The position numbers and the translations under genes are program-made. From Lingula anatina (taxonomy: Eukaryota > Animalia > Brachiopoda): a DNA stretch of 64,000 nt. A model generated the notes under the pieces. It did not search any database and was not told where the DNA came from. It worked only from the letters and a program-made list of their open reading frames with translations. Every line of letters begins with the position of its first letter. The stretch's first letter is position 1. Shown piece after piece: positions 49,626-61,771 of this stretch. The stretch covers positions 47,284,788 to 47,348,787 of the forward strand of contig CM120640.1 of NCBI GenBank assembly GCA_051362555.1, in the 5' to 3' direction.

Positions 49626-52600
49626 TCATGGAATATGTGGGAAATTGTCCAAAGCGTCAAATGCATCTTTACTTTCACGAAGGTTCATTATCAGAGAATT
49701 TTTGTTCAGTACAATGTGTAGGCGGTTTGATGACTTAGGTACCACCGTGATGTTCTTTTCCAAAGCATATCTTATCAAAACTGAAGCTGGACCAGTACGA
49801 TAAAATCTAGCTGCAAATCCAACCATCTGGCTGTGTAATATTGGGTTAGTTTTTGAAGATGATTTCGCCCATTTAAAACCAAGTAAGCTATGAGCTATAA
49901 ATCGGATACCGTTCTTGTTGCAAAATTCCCTCAGCTTGGTGTTCCGTTTCATCAAATCAAATCTTGCTTGTAAAGCTGAGACTGGAACAGTGGTTATCGT
50001 TAACAGTTCTTCCATTTGCAAGATATTAAAGTTACTGACCCCGAGAGAACGAATGCTCCCTGCTTTACTCATATCTTCAAGTGCCTGCCACGATTCCTGC
50101 CATGTGCCTGGATTCTCGGCTGCTTTGCAGTCGATCATCTCCTTATCACACGATGGAGCTTTTATCAAAATTAAATCTATATAATCAGTATTCAGTCTTT
50201 TCATGGACCTTTCCACTGAACTCTTCGTGGCATTTCTGCCCAAGTTCTTTGGATGAACTTTGGCAATCACAAAAACGTCCTCTCGCTTGCAGTATGGATT
50301 GTCACCCATAATGTAACCCAGTGTTGCTTCGGTTTCATCTTCTGAGTCCGTATCAAAGAACCTGACAAAATATTAACAAAATATGATTCACGAAATATCA
50401 TTCAAACTTGAAATTTGATTTCAAAAATTGTTTTTATCTAGTCACGGAAAACATAAGTTCCCAGAAAATAACTCTATACGAATATAAATGATCCATACCT
50501 GTAGCCGTGCCTCATTGCATGGCGTATGCTTCTATTGGCCTCTTCTGGTGACATCCCGCCAAGACCGAGACCTAGCGTAGGCACTAGAATGGAATTTGAA
50601 GAAATATAACAAATGTCAAGGAAAACACACAATGAACAAAACGACCAATGCACAGCTTTAAAACAATGGCAATATCAAGATTAACGTAAATGTCATATTT
50701 TCTTCCCTTTGAAAATGACAGATTTGCAACTTTTAGAGCACGGCGAAATGACGCGCCAAGTTCGCTACAAAATGTTCAGGTTAAAATCAATGCATCAGTT
50801 CCACCGTTAATTTTGTAATATGGTTCTACTTACTTGAATATCCACTTTTCAGCGGTTGATACTCAAATATGTCTTTTCTAAATTCCGGAATTGTGAATTT
50901 CATAGCTTGTGGTTTGAGATGACTATAATTATCATACACCTCTTTGACCGTCATTCCATTCAAAGGCATGTTACACTTCATCTCTGATGTAAGGAATATA
51001 TACAAAAGTTACTCTCTACCAGAGGTCCTTTTAGCTGTTACAAAATCTGTTAAAGGACGGATTTGGTAACTGCTAGAACAGCTAGAGCCTCTGGTCGAGA
51101 GTAAGCAAAGGCAATGATTTGTTACTCTGTAAGGAACAGAAACAAACTGATTATATTTAAATGAATATCTATGTGGTGGGGCTTAGACGATATTGTGCTG
51201 CTTACTGATATTAAATCGTCATCAAAACTTTAAAAAGTATTATCTTTCAATAATGTTGAATCTGAATTAATAACAAGTGCCATTCGTGTTAACTTTGGGC
51301 CCATTATACATGTATTATGTTCAAGTGTTAAACAAGTTTATTAACTATACACTAAAGAAGGCAATCATAGTTTTTCGTTTGTCAATAGATATAGCAAAAT
51401 GATGTTAATCCCTTCCCATTTTTCTACTCGTCGACTCTATTGCCATTCAATACTGCGTGTTATAATACAAAAAAAAATCAGTTGGAAATGTTTACTTCAG
51501 ATAACTTAATTTTCAAAAAAAAAAAAAAAAAAAATTAAAGAAACTGCCTTTCACCTCTGGGTTTGTCTTCTCGAAGCTTGATACAGTTATCAATGAAAAC
51601 CGAATCGTTAGAAGGTGGTGCATTTTTCAAACAGTGCAGAAAGTCGATGAAAACGGCAATGGCAATATTCGGTATTCCACCGGTCACCTTTGCTTGGTGC
51701 CACCAACCCTCAGGGACGTAGATAACATCACCCACGTCCAGTGTGGCATTGTAGATGGCGATTTTAGACACATCCGGGTATTTAACCAAATCTATTGCTT
51801 CCCAGTTCACCGGGGAAGTTCCTGGAATAAATATGTACTTATGAAAAATAAAGGCGTTTCACCATTTCTTAGTGACGTTCTTTTAAGAATAAAAAATGTG
51901 TGGAAGGTTTATCATGAACATAAAAAGTACAAAAGTAATCAGAAAAGACCGTCTTTACGTTTTACATTTTGACACATTTCAAGATTGCCTATGACACCAC
52001 ACTGGCGCAAAGTCCCTTGTTTAAATTTATAATTTTCGCCTTAGCATTTAAGTCATAAAAAGTATCATTTGCTTCGTATGAAATCCATGTATCTTTTGCC
52101 ATTATGAACCTCGTGGCGGGATCTTAAATTCAGATTTTACATCAATTTTAATGCTTTAAAGCAAAGTATATTCAAAGCATGTAATACATAACTGCACAAT
52201 AACCCGACTTACTTTTTTATACGAATAATTCGTCCATTTGCTTTAAAGGATCCCATACCCCAGGACGGAATTAATTTGAACTTCCATGAAATACTTACTG
52301 TAAAAAGTTGTTCACATTCTTTTAAATGAAAATATTTTGTTATTGGACTAAGAATACAAAAAGAGAACTATAACCAGAATGGTTTGGAAATTCATCCGAG
52401 TACAGGTATTTTCCATCAGTTGGAGTGGTCAGCAGCCATTGCCGTCCCCCGGTCACTTGGGCAAAGATGGTTTCTGAGACATCAAAGTGGATATCACTTC
52501 TTGACCAACCAGAATTGAAAAATATGGCTATCATCTTTAACTGTAAATAAAATGATTCAACAAAATTAAACATTAGATTTACAAGTCACCAATTGTTTAA

Positions 52601-53976
52601 GTATATTGTAAGTATACTGTTCAGGTATAATTTGGATCTCAAGAAAAAAGCCAGGTAAGCAATCGATAAAAGAATTAGGAATTTTAGAAAAAGGTATGAA
52701 TGCGGCAAAGTTATACAACGATAGATCTACAACGCTACTTACCATTTCCATATACTCGCCGCAAGCTACAAAATCTGGGAGAGTGAGGTCTTCTGCCATC
52801 TTCTCAGAAATTAAAGAATCCATGTAAACCTTTCTTTTCTTAAAATCACTTAAAGAAAAGAGACATGCCTTAGTACAGAATTGAACGAGAATAGTTCACA
52901 CATTCAGAACTTACCTAAATATGTGTAGAGTAGCAGAGATGTACATAAAAAGCAGTTTAATTTCAGTGTAGTCCCCATAATTTTGTTTATGGATGTGGGT
53001 ATTTGAATAAGAGAAATTGGTACGCACTGAACCTAAAGTTAAATGTAATTTAACAGTCCGTGTATTCCAAATTACATATTTCTTTCATACTTGAGACGTG
53101 TACTGATTTATGACGCTGTGTAAATTACAGTTCACAGACAATGAGAGCGAAAGTGTGACGGAATCACCGTGGTACTCGTTTGACTGTCTATTTTTATTTT
53201 ATTTATTATTATTTTTTTTTTGAATCGACAGTCAAATGTTATTGCGGAGTAATCCATGTTTGTATCTTGTATTTTCGCCAAAATTTAACAAAGCAACAAC
53301 CCAAACAACTGTGTATGTTTTGTTGCTTTAATACTGATTGCACAAAAATTACGACCCTTTATTTTCATAGAAATTAAGTTCGGCGTTTTGTTTTGTATAC
53401 ACTCTTACAATAACATCAAAATTTACAAATATGTCAATCAATTCTAAAATATATTTTCCATGAAGTTTATAGCTAATATATGTTTCGTCGAATAAACGTT
53501 ACGACTATTTCGCAAATATTGAGGAGATTTGATACTCACTCCAGAAAATCTGTCATAGACATCGGCATAGTGTAAGAGTGATATGCATCTGTGATGTTTT
53601 TCATATTCACCATAAATACACTATCACCAAATCTCTCCCGTAAGTAGTCCTCGTTTTTCCATTTCTGAACAGCAGGCCAGTGTTTTAGGGCACCTTTCAC
53701 CACCAGCGGCACAGACTTACGCACATAGTCTCTGTAAAACACTTCTGGGTCGGGGAAATAGTCAAGAGTAATGATATCATAAATCTTCTCGGCTTGATTG
53801 CCAAATTTTTCCATATGGCCCTTTAAAATATTGTTGGCAGTTGTAGGGGTGGAATCTTCTTTCGTAGACGAGGAAAATCTGGGGAAAAACTCTCCAATAT
53901 TTGGGCCCCAGAAAACACACGCTAGAGCTAGGAAAACTGGAAAGACTCCGGCATAAAAATGGGTCATGGTCTCCAT
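49626..53976 (-). CDS. JmjC + AKR-like fusion protein, paralog 2 (648 aa, most divergent)
   Basis: Exons 53976-53540, 52848-52743, 52540-52375, 51821-51555, 50983-50834, 50583-50499 and 50361-49626. Exon phases are the same as in paralog 1, with HFD...WWHQ and SLGVSNF. Confidence 0.88.
51009..51104. mobile_element. 96-bp fold-back (hairpin) mini-element in intron 4 of paralog 2
   Basis: Outer stem TTACTCTCTACCAGAGG / CCTCTGGTCGAGAGTAA and inner stem TAGCTGTTACAAAATCTGT / ACGGATTTGGTAACTGCTA. Confidence 0.7.
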
Positions 53977-55348
53977 ATTGTCTCTGACCGCCTGCTATAT
54001 CTAACAAGCTGAAATGGCAAACGATAGACCTAGCATACCTGGCCACTGCAATGGGCGACCTCCATTGTCCGTTTATCATTAAGTTGTCACTTGCCAAGGG
54101 TATATTTTTGGACCCACATATGTGCTTAATGTAACGCATACATGGCCAAGGTGCTGTCACACCTAGTGTAAAAGAGGTACCTAAGTCGTAATGCCACTCC
54201 CATAGGCCCAATAGTCGAACCCTGCAATGCTCTTTCTTGTAAGCTTTTTTTACATAAATGCCCTTTTTAAGGCTATTGAAGTAAAATAAGCTTGGTTGCT
54301 ACTTACGAGACATAAAGCCGAAGCCGCCAATTTGTGAGGGAAAATAGAAAAACAGCCTAATGTCGACATATACACTTTATCTGTGGCTCTAGTGAATGTA
54401 TTTTCTGTCGAAAGAACACAGTAGGATAATTGACTACATCCTAGCATGTAACTGGTACTAAAAATAAAAATGGCCACCAAAACAAACAACAGAAGGCAAA
54501 GAAGAACCGCAAGATCAGTATATTTCTAGTATACTCAGTATGTCCGCCTTTGATTTTTCTATTCATTGTGATTTTCGTTAGCCATTATTTAAAACTATCA
54601 TTATACGCTTGTTGGACATTCAACCTGTTGAGGGGGTGAGCCACCTAGTAGTCGAGTTGTCATTTCCAAGAGCTCTATAGTCGGACCATGCTATGTTATT
54701 TCCTATGAGTAAAAGAAAGAATCTTGTTATTTGGGAGAATCTGGCTGATATGGCGCGCCATTCCTCTGGGGTGGTCGGGCAGTTCACTTCTACCCACTTC
54801 TTTATATGGACTGAGATGAGGTAGACTGTGTTGGTTCATTGCTCTATCACTTTGCATAATAATTCAGTTTGTGAAAAGGGTTGTTGTATTTATTGTTTCA
54901 AACTTTAACGAGACCGAAACAGTCCAGTTACTCAATGAAATATTTTACTATATTATTCTACCGTTCGAACTCAATTGTAAACAAACATCCATGTACATAT
55001 TCCATATGAATTATTCTGAATATCAAAAATGAATACAATACCATTACGTTTTAATGCTACATGTATACCGGTTGTTTTCTTCACAAGCAGTTCTCAAACA
55101 TTACTAACACAGTCGAGACATATGAGAGCAATAGAAGATAGGTATACTATAGGTATGTAGAAGTTACAGTGTAACTGTTGATTTACAATAATTAAACATA
55201 TCCTGAATAAAACCACTGCAAGTGTTGACTGTTTTATGACAACACGATAAACTAGACAGCCCCTCTAGCCCCTACTCCACGCACCCCAAAAAAGAAAAAA
55301 GGCTACTGTCAAACAACTTGATTCTAAAGCTATTCGGCAAAAATATAT

Positions 55349-58300
55349 TTATGGTACATGTGGGATGTTTTCCAAATCTTCCAATATTTCGGGGCTGTCT
55401 TGAATATCTAGAGAGGTAGAAAACTTGTTCAGTGCGATATGCAGCTGGTTTGAGGATCTAGGTACCACCGTGATATCTCGATCCAAAGCATATCTTATCA
55501 AAATGGACGCCGGGCTTGTGCGGTACTTTCTAGCTGCCAGCATTACCGCACTGCTACTGAGAATTGGGTTATTTGTTGTGGAACCATCCTTCACCCACCC
55601 GAACCCAAGTAAGCTATGAGCCATGAACCGAATACCATTATCGTTGCAAAATTTCCTCAACTTCGTATTTCTCTTCATTAAATCAAATCTTGCTTGGAGA
55701 ACTGAGACGGGAACTGTGGCCTCTGCCATTAACTCCTTTAGCTGAGAAATTTTAAAGTTACTGACACCAATAGAACGAATGCTTCCCGTTTTGTTCATTT
55801 CTTCCATCACCTTCCACGATTCCTGCCACGTGCCTCGATTTTCGTCTGCGTCACATTCGAACCCCTTAGTATCACAAGATGGCGCTTTGATAAGAACCAA
55901 ATCAATATAGTCTGTCTTCAGTCTTTTCATTGATCTCTCAATGGACATTCTCGTAGCTTCTTTGCCCAAATTCCTAGGATGGACTTTAACAATCAAGAAG
56001 ACATCTTCTCGTTTACAGTACTCGTTTTCTGAGAGGATGGAACCTAAAGTAGTCTCACTCTCGTCCTCTGGTTCTGTGTCAAAGAGCCTGACAAGAGAAA
56101 TCGCGGAAAGGTTCTTTGGCACGTAGGTATTTGTATATTCATGGGTAACCGCATGAATGATTTATTTCTAGATCTCATTTCGCTATTGTGAATCTTATCT
56201 TCATAAAACGGATTGGACGTATTCGTTTTCTTGTACATTGTACAATGGTATACAGAAGACAGTACTTGCTTATTGATGAAAAAAGCTCTTTTAATTTAGA
56301 TATTTACCTGTACCCAATCTTCAGCGCGTGTCGAATCCCTTTTTCAGCTTCCTCAGGTGTCATTCCTCCAACACCAAGGCCTAACACGGGCACTATTTAA
56401 AAAATGAATTTACAGATAAATCATGCTCTACCATTCCCAAACCAATTTGTTAGAATCAAACGTTTTTAACCATCCATTATAGCAAAAAAATTGAAACTGC
56501 ATTTTGATTTAGTCAATCAAGGCTGACCTCCCCCACAATAAGTTCAGCCAAAAACACAGTATATACGTACTAGAATATCCACTCTTCAGTATTATTTCTT
56601 CTTCTCTGTCGGGTGTGCTTTCCTGCGCAATGTCCATTGCCTGTGGCTTAAGGTATTTGTACTTGGAAAAAACCTCCCTGACAGGCATATCGTCTATGCG
56701 AATACTGCATTTTATCTCTGGTGAGAAAAATGTAATGAAGCATAAAAGCTGAAGAAATGTGTATGACAATATTCATCAAAAGATATGGGAAACATTTTAA
56801 TATGCATGAATGCAGTTTCGTCCGCCCGTGTTGTCAAAAACACTGCATGGTGTTTCTGTCCATCCACAGGACACAGCATGTATATTTCTTATTTTGGTTT
56901 TCGATGTAAACTTCCTCAAACTACAAAATTAAGGAAAAAATTCAAAAGAAATTGTATCTCACCTTCAGGTTTCTCTTCTCGAAGCTTGATGCAGTTGTCA
57001 ATATAAACCGAGTCGTTAGACGGTGGTGTGTTAAACATACAGAGAAGAAAGTCAATGAAGATGGCTATGGCGATATTAGGCGGTCCTCCGTGTGTTCTCA
57101 CTTGGTGCCACCAACCCTCGGGGACGTATATAATGTCACCGGGTTCTAGTATGGCCTTGTAGATGGCGATTTTGGACACGTCCGGGTATTTTTGCAAGTC
57201 AACCGCTTCTTGATTGACGGGTGACATGCCTGGAATATATGTATTTACTAAATAATATCTTCAATCTTCAAACTGGTCTATTAACTGGTCTATTTCTTCG
57301 GAAATTAAAAGAACACTACTGAACATTTCCACTTGATGTAACGGAATCTTATTTCATAAAAATTTTGTCATCTTGTATTGTCTTTAAAACATGTTTTTAA
57401 AGTTGTTGAAAAGAGTGTATAGATAATGAAGCATCTTGCCATCGTGGTGTTCAAATTCATCCGAGTACAGGTATTTTCCGTCGCTAGGAGTGGTCAATAT
57501 CCACTGCCGCCCACCGGTCACTTGGGCAAAGATGGTCTCTGTGACGTCGAGATGAATATCGGTGCTTGACCAGCCCGAGTTGAAGAAAATGGCGACCTGT
57601 TTCAGCTGAAATGATTAGTGTGAAAAAAGAAAATACGACTCTGACATCGTGCATTCCATTTTTAAATTAAATCAAAATTAAATCCCGCCCCCTGCGTCTG
57701 TTTTCTACTTTTAAATGAATGAAGTCAGAGTGACATATCTATGTACTTTTCTATTCAAGAACGTTAGATTCACTTACAATTTTCAAGTATTCATCACATG
57801 CAATGAAACCCGGGAAAGCGATGTCTTCTGCCATTTCTTCAGACACAGTGGAATCCATATAAATCTTGTGCTCTCTGTAATTACTGTAAAAAAATTTAAA
57901 TATATGAGTGATAATGCAGATTTTCTAAAAATGACCCTTATAAAGAATACTGGACAGGATAGCTATCCACTGAACATCAGTTGGATAACCTTTCAAATGT
58001 AATCATGCAGTCTCTCCATCGGATTCAAAGAAAAGCATTTACAAACACAATGAAATGCAACAAAAAAATTCTTATTAAAGTTTTCATGTATGTATGTATA
58101 GAATGGAAAGAGTTTTGAATGAGGTACCAATATAAAACTTTATGTTTAGTGAAACACAGAGAAAGCAAAAACTGGTGTCAGGCCTGCGCCCTAAAGTAGT
58201 TTGCATTTAGACTCCTAAAACAAGTTACTGTAACTTTTTAAAAATCTTTTTCATACAGTTGTTGACAAAGAAAAAATGCATCATAAATGAGGAGAAGAAT

Positions 58301-58788
58301 GTGAAGAAGCATTGAGAAGATTAGGTCGTGCTGTTAAAATAAGATACAAATCCTTACTCCAGAAAATCTTCCATAGACATCATCATATGTGCCGGGTGAT
58401 ACGCATCGGTGATGTTTCTCCACATAGATAGAAAATTACTGTGGCCGAATCTCTCCCTCAAATAGTCTTCGTTCTTCCATTTTTCTACTGCAGGCCAGTG
58501 TTTTAGTGCACCTTTGACTACCAAAGGCACAGACTTCCGCATGTAGTCCCTATAAAATACCTCAGGTTCGGGAAAGTGATCCAGCGTCGGGATTTCTGTC
58601 GGCTTATAGACCTGTTCACCGAACTTTTCCATATGGCCCTTCAGGTTACTATTTGTTTCTTTATTTTCGCCACCAAAACTTGCTGATAAATCGGGGAAAT
58701 ATTCCCCGACATTTGTTCCCCAGAAACCCCACGCTATGGCTAAAATGAGTGGCACAGCACCCGCGTAGAACTTTGCCTTGGTCTCCAT
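55349..58788 (-). CDS. JmjC + AKR-like fusion protein, paralog 3 (646 aa, closest to paralog 1)
   Basis: Exons 58788-58358, 57883-57778, 57605-57440 (GC donor), 57229-56963, 56717-56571, 56392-56308 and 56087-55349. Confidence 0.87.
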
Positions 58789-59277
58789 TACGTGGCAGGT
58801 TGCTCTATTGGTCACAATACCAGAGAAGATGCTGCTGCCTTTAATTGCGTTACATATATAAAGAGAAGTTCATTTATTTGGAATTGCATAATGTTTCTCG
58901 CATCGGTACAGCTATTATGTGTATAACATAAGAACCATCTGGACATTGGTTCATATCATTTAACTTCATTGGGGCGTTAGATTAGATACAACGCCTGTTC
59001 ACACGAGGAGCAACTCAGACCTAACCAACATATTCATGCTGAACACAAGTATTCATAAGTGATGAAAGTAGAAAGCGATCCATTTCAGCTGTCTTGACAC
59101 TGAGGATGTAATACGACGGGCACCTTTGCTCTTACAATTCAACGCGCCATGCGGAACATCCTTTTACGTTTATTCGTGCGATACTCTTGATGACATAGAC
59201 GGACATCAGACTATACTGGTGCATGTTCCCACTCAGCAATCTTGTACAGTGTATCCGGCGAAAACAATCGCGAAAAC
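58789..59277. promoter_or_regulatory. Divergent promoter region between paralogs 3 and 4
   Basis: ATGs face apart with 489 bp between them. A TATA-like TATATAAA lies at about 58855-58862. Confidence 0.5.
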
Positions 59278-60277
59278 ATGGAGAACAAGGCCAAACTGTA
59301 CGCAGGAGCCGTTCCAGTCTTCCTGGCGTTAGCATGGAGTATCTGGGGACCAAATGTTGGTCAATATTTACCGCCGATGTCAACGGGTCTCACAAATGAG
59401 GTGCCAAACGACACGAGCAATTTAAAGGGACACATGGAACGGTTCGGAGAGCAAGCCCAAAAATATGAAAATCTCATTACTCTTGACTATTTCCCCGACC
59501 CAGAAGTGTTTTACAGAGACTACGTGCGTAAGTCTGTGCCACTGGTGGTGAAAGGTGCCCTAAAACACTGGCCTGCTGTTCAGAAATGGAAAAACGAGGA
59601 CTACTTACGGGAGAAATTTGGTGAAGATTTTTTTAATGTCCATTGGAGAAACGTCTCGGATGAGCACCACCCAGCCTACATTGACATGACCATGGAAGAT
59701 TTTTTAGAGTAAGAGCTCTCCCCCTTTTTTCGTCACAGCGTTGTATCAAATGGCAGTTAGTTGATGAGTTAATTATCTTTCATTGAAAACCTTTATTGAT
59801 AACTTAATGACATTTACAGTGAACTTGTGAATCAAAAATTGGTGAGATTGAAGAGTAACTCTGTACTGATCATGGCTGAATGTATTCAGGTACGACCAAC
59901 AACACACGTACCTGGGTTAATACATTTGTATCACCCGTTGAAAGCATGTTTTGCAGGTGGCCCATTCACAGCGCTGTAAATAGATTTGTGGTAGATATAA
60001 TAAAGCTTTATGTCCTGTTGTCAATATTGGTAGTCACGGTGAGCCGGCTCTCTTGTTCTTTTATGAGTTCTTGAAATGAAGAGGAAGGCTGTCTCCGAAA
60101 AGCCTGACTGGGGGACGGATAGAGTTTTCATTTTTTTATTCCCCAAAAGATTACTCACTTAGAGACATATGTACTCATAAAATGCATGAAATATAAAAAA
60201 AATAAAACTATACTTTAATTCTATTCTATATATGTAAATAAGAAAAGTGCCAAAAAAATAAAGACACTTTCAGTCCG

Positions 60278-60332
<55 letters not shown>

Positions 60333-60633
60333 GCGGATCCAGGCTTATTTGAAGGGGGGGGGGGGGGGTCGGCGGATGCGAAGCCGACCCTCCCCTCCCC
60401 CTTGTCATGGGTTCGGGGCACTCCATCGGGCCCCGAAAATTTTTGGTATTTTAGAGGGCGAACGGTGCCATTTTGTACGTTTTTAGAACAATGATTCAGC
60501 TGGTCAAAATTCTGATTTCAAGAGGGGGCCATGGGTGTGATTTTCTCCCGACACCCCCTTAAATTAGCCACTGATTGGTGTTGCAAATGGAAGACCAAGT
60601 CTGAGTATGATACTTAATTTTAATGGATGTCAT

Positions 60634-60683
<50 letters not shown>

Positions 60684-61722
60684 ATAAATTTTTTTTATAT
60701 ATTACATGATTTCGTTATATAGTACATACAGGAAAGAAAAAATCTACATGGACTCCACAGTAAGTCCAGAGATGGCGGAAGACCTCACCTTTCCAGGTTT
60801 TGTCGCTTGTGAAGGGATGCTGAAAATGGTAGGTTGCGAATGAAGCGCTGGATCTCCTTGGTGTATGCTGCATATTTTTTTCAATTCAATATAAAGAGCT
60901 AACATGATTTACCCACCAGTTTCTATAAAAATTTATTCACTTATGAGGTTAACGTTAACACAGATTCTTCCTGCTAACAAAAATATGAAAACTATGAACA
61001 TGGCGAGCGTTTGGACCTTTTTTTATTCTCAGTAACGTTTTTAGATAAGTATGTGAACAGCAAGGGAATAACTGGTTTTAGGCTTATTAAAACCTTGCAT
61101 AATGTTAAGGACTACATTGCTCAAACGGCAACAAACCTGGTAATGAACTTCACAACTACCAGGATCTAGAGAAAGAAAAAAAGAGGGGCTGCCCAGAAGT
61201 GCAAATGACAAACTTTGAATATATATTGCATTTGGAAAAGATATTTATCAGCCTGAAATACATTTAAATATAAACGTTCCTTTAACCCACAGAAAGTTTT
61301 GGCAAAAACGAAGGTCAGTTCCTTAACAGCCGAAGTTAAATTTGTTAAAAAATGTAATTAAAAAACGCATAGCCCTAAACAAATAATAGCTGTCAATTTT
61401 TGTCCTCACAATACCCAATATATATTAGGAGGGATTTTATCTATCTACCATACGTAATATTGTATACTATACCATTTTAGTAATAACTGTAATGCTAAAT
61501 GAATTATTATTATACTTTCAGCTGAAGCAGGTCGCCATTTTCTTCAACTCGGGCTGGTCAAGTACCGACATTCATCTCGACGTCACAGAGACCATATTTG
61601 CCCAAGTGACCGGTGGTCGTCATTGGATATTGACCACTCCACGCGACGGCAAATATCTATATACAGATGAATTTGCGCCCCATAATGGTTAATATTTGCA
61701 TTCTATCCTTTTTATCTTTAAA

Positions 61723-61771
<49 letters not shown>

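Noticed and set aside
43701-58788. Paralogs 1 and 3 as an assembly or haplotype duplication
   Set aside because: Introns and flanks differ extensively and a distinct paralog lies between them. Read depth would settle it.
60221-60426. ORFs with CVCVCV runs (and the RERERE ORF at 61657-61977)
   Set aside because: Translations of dinucleotide microsatellites.
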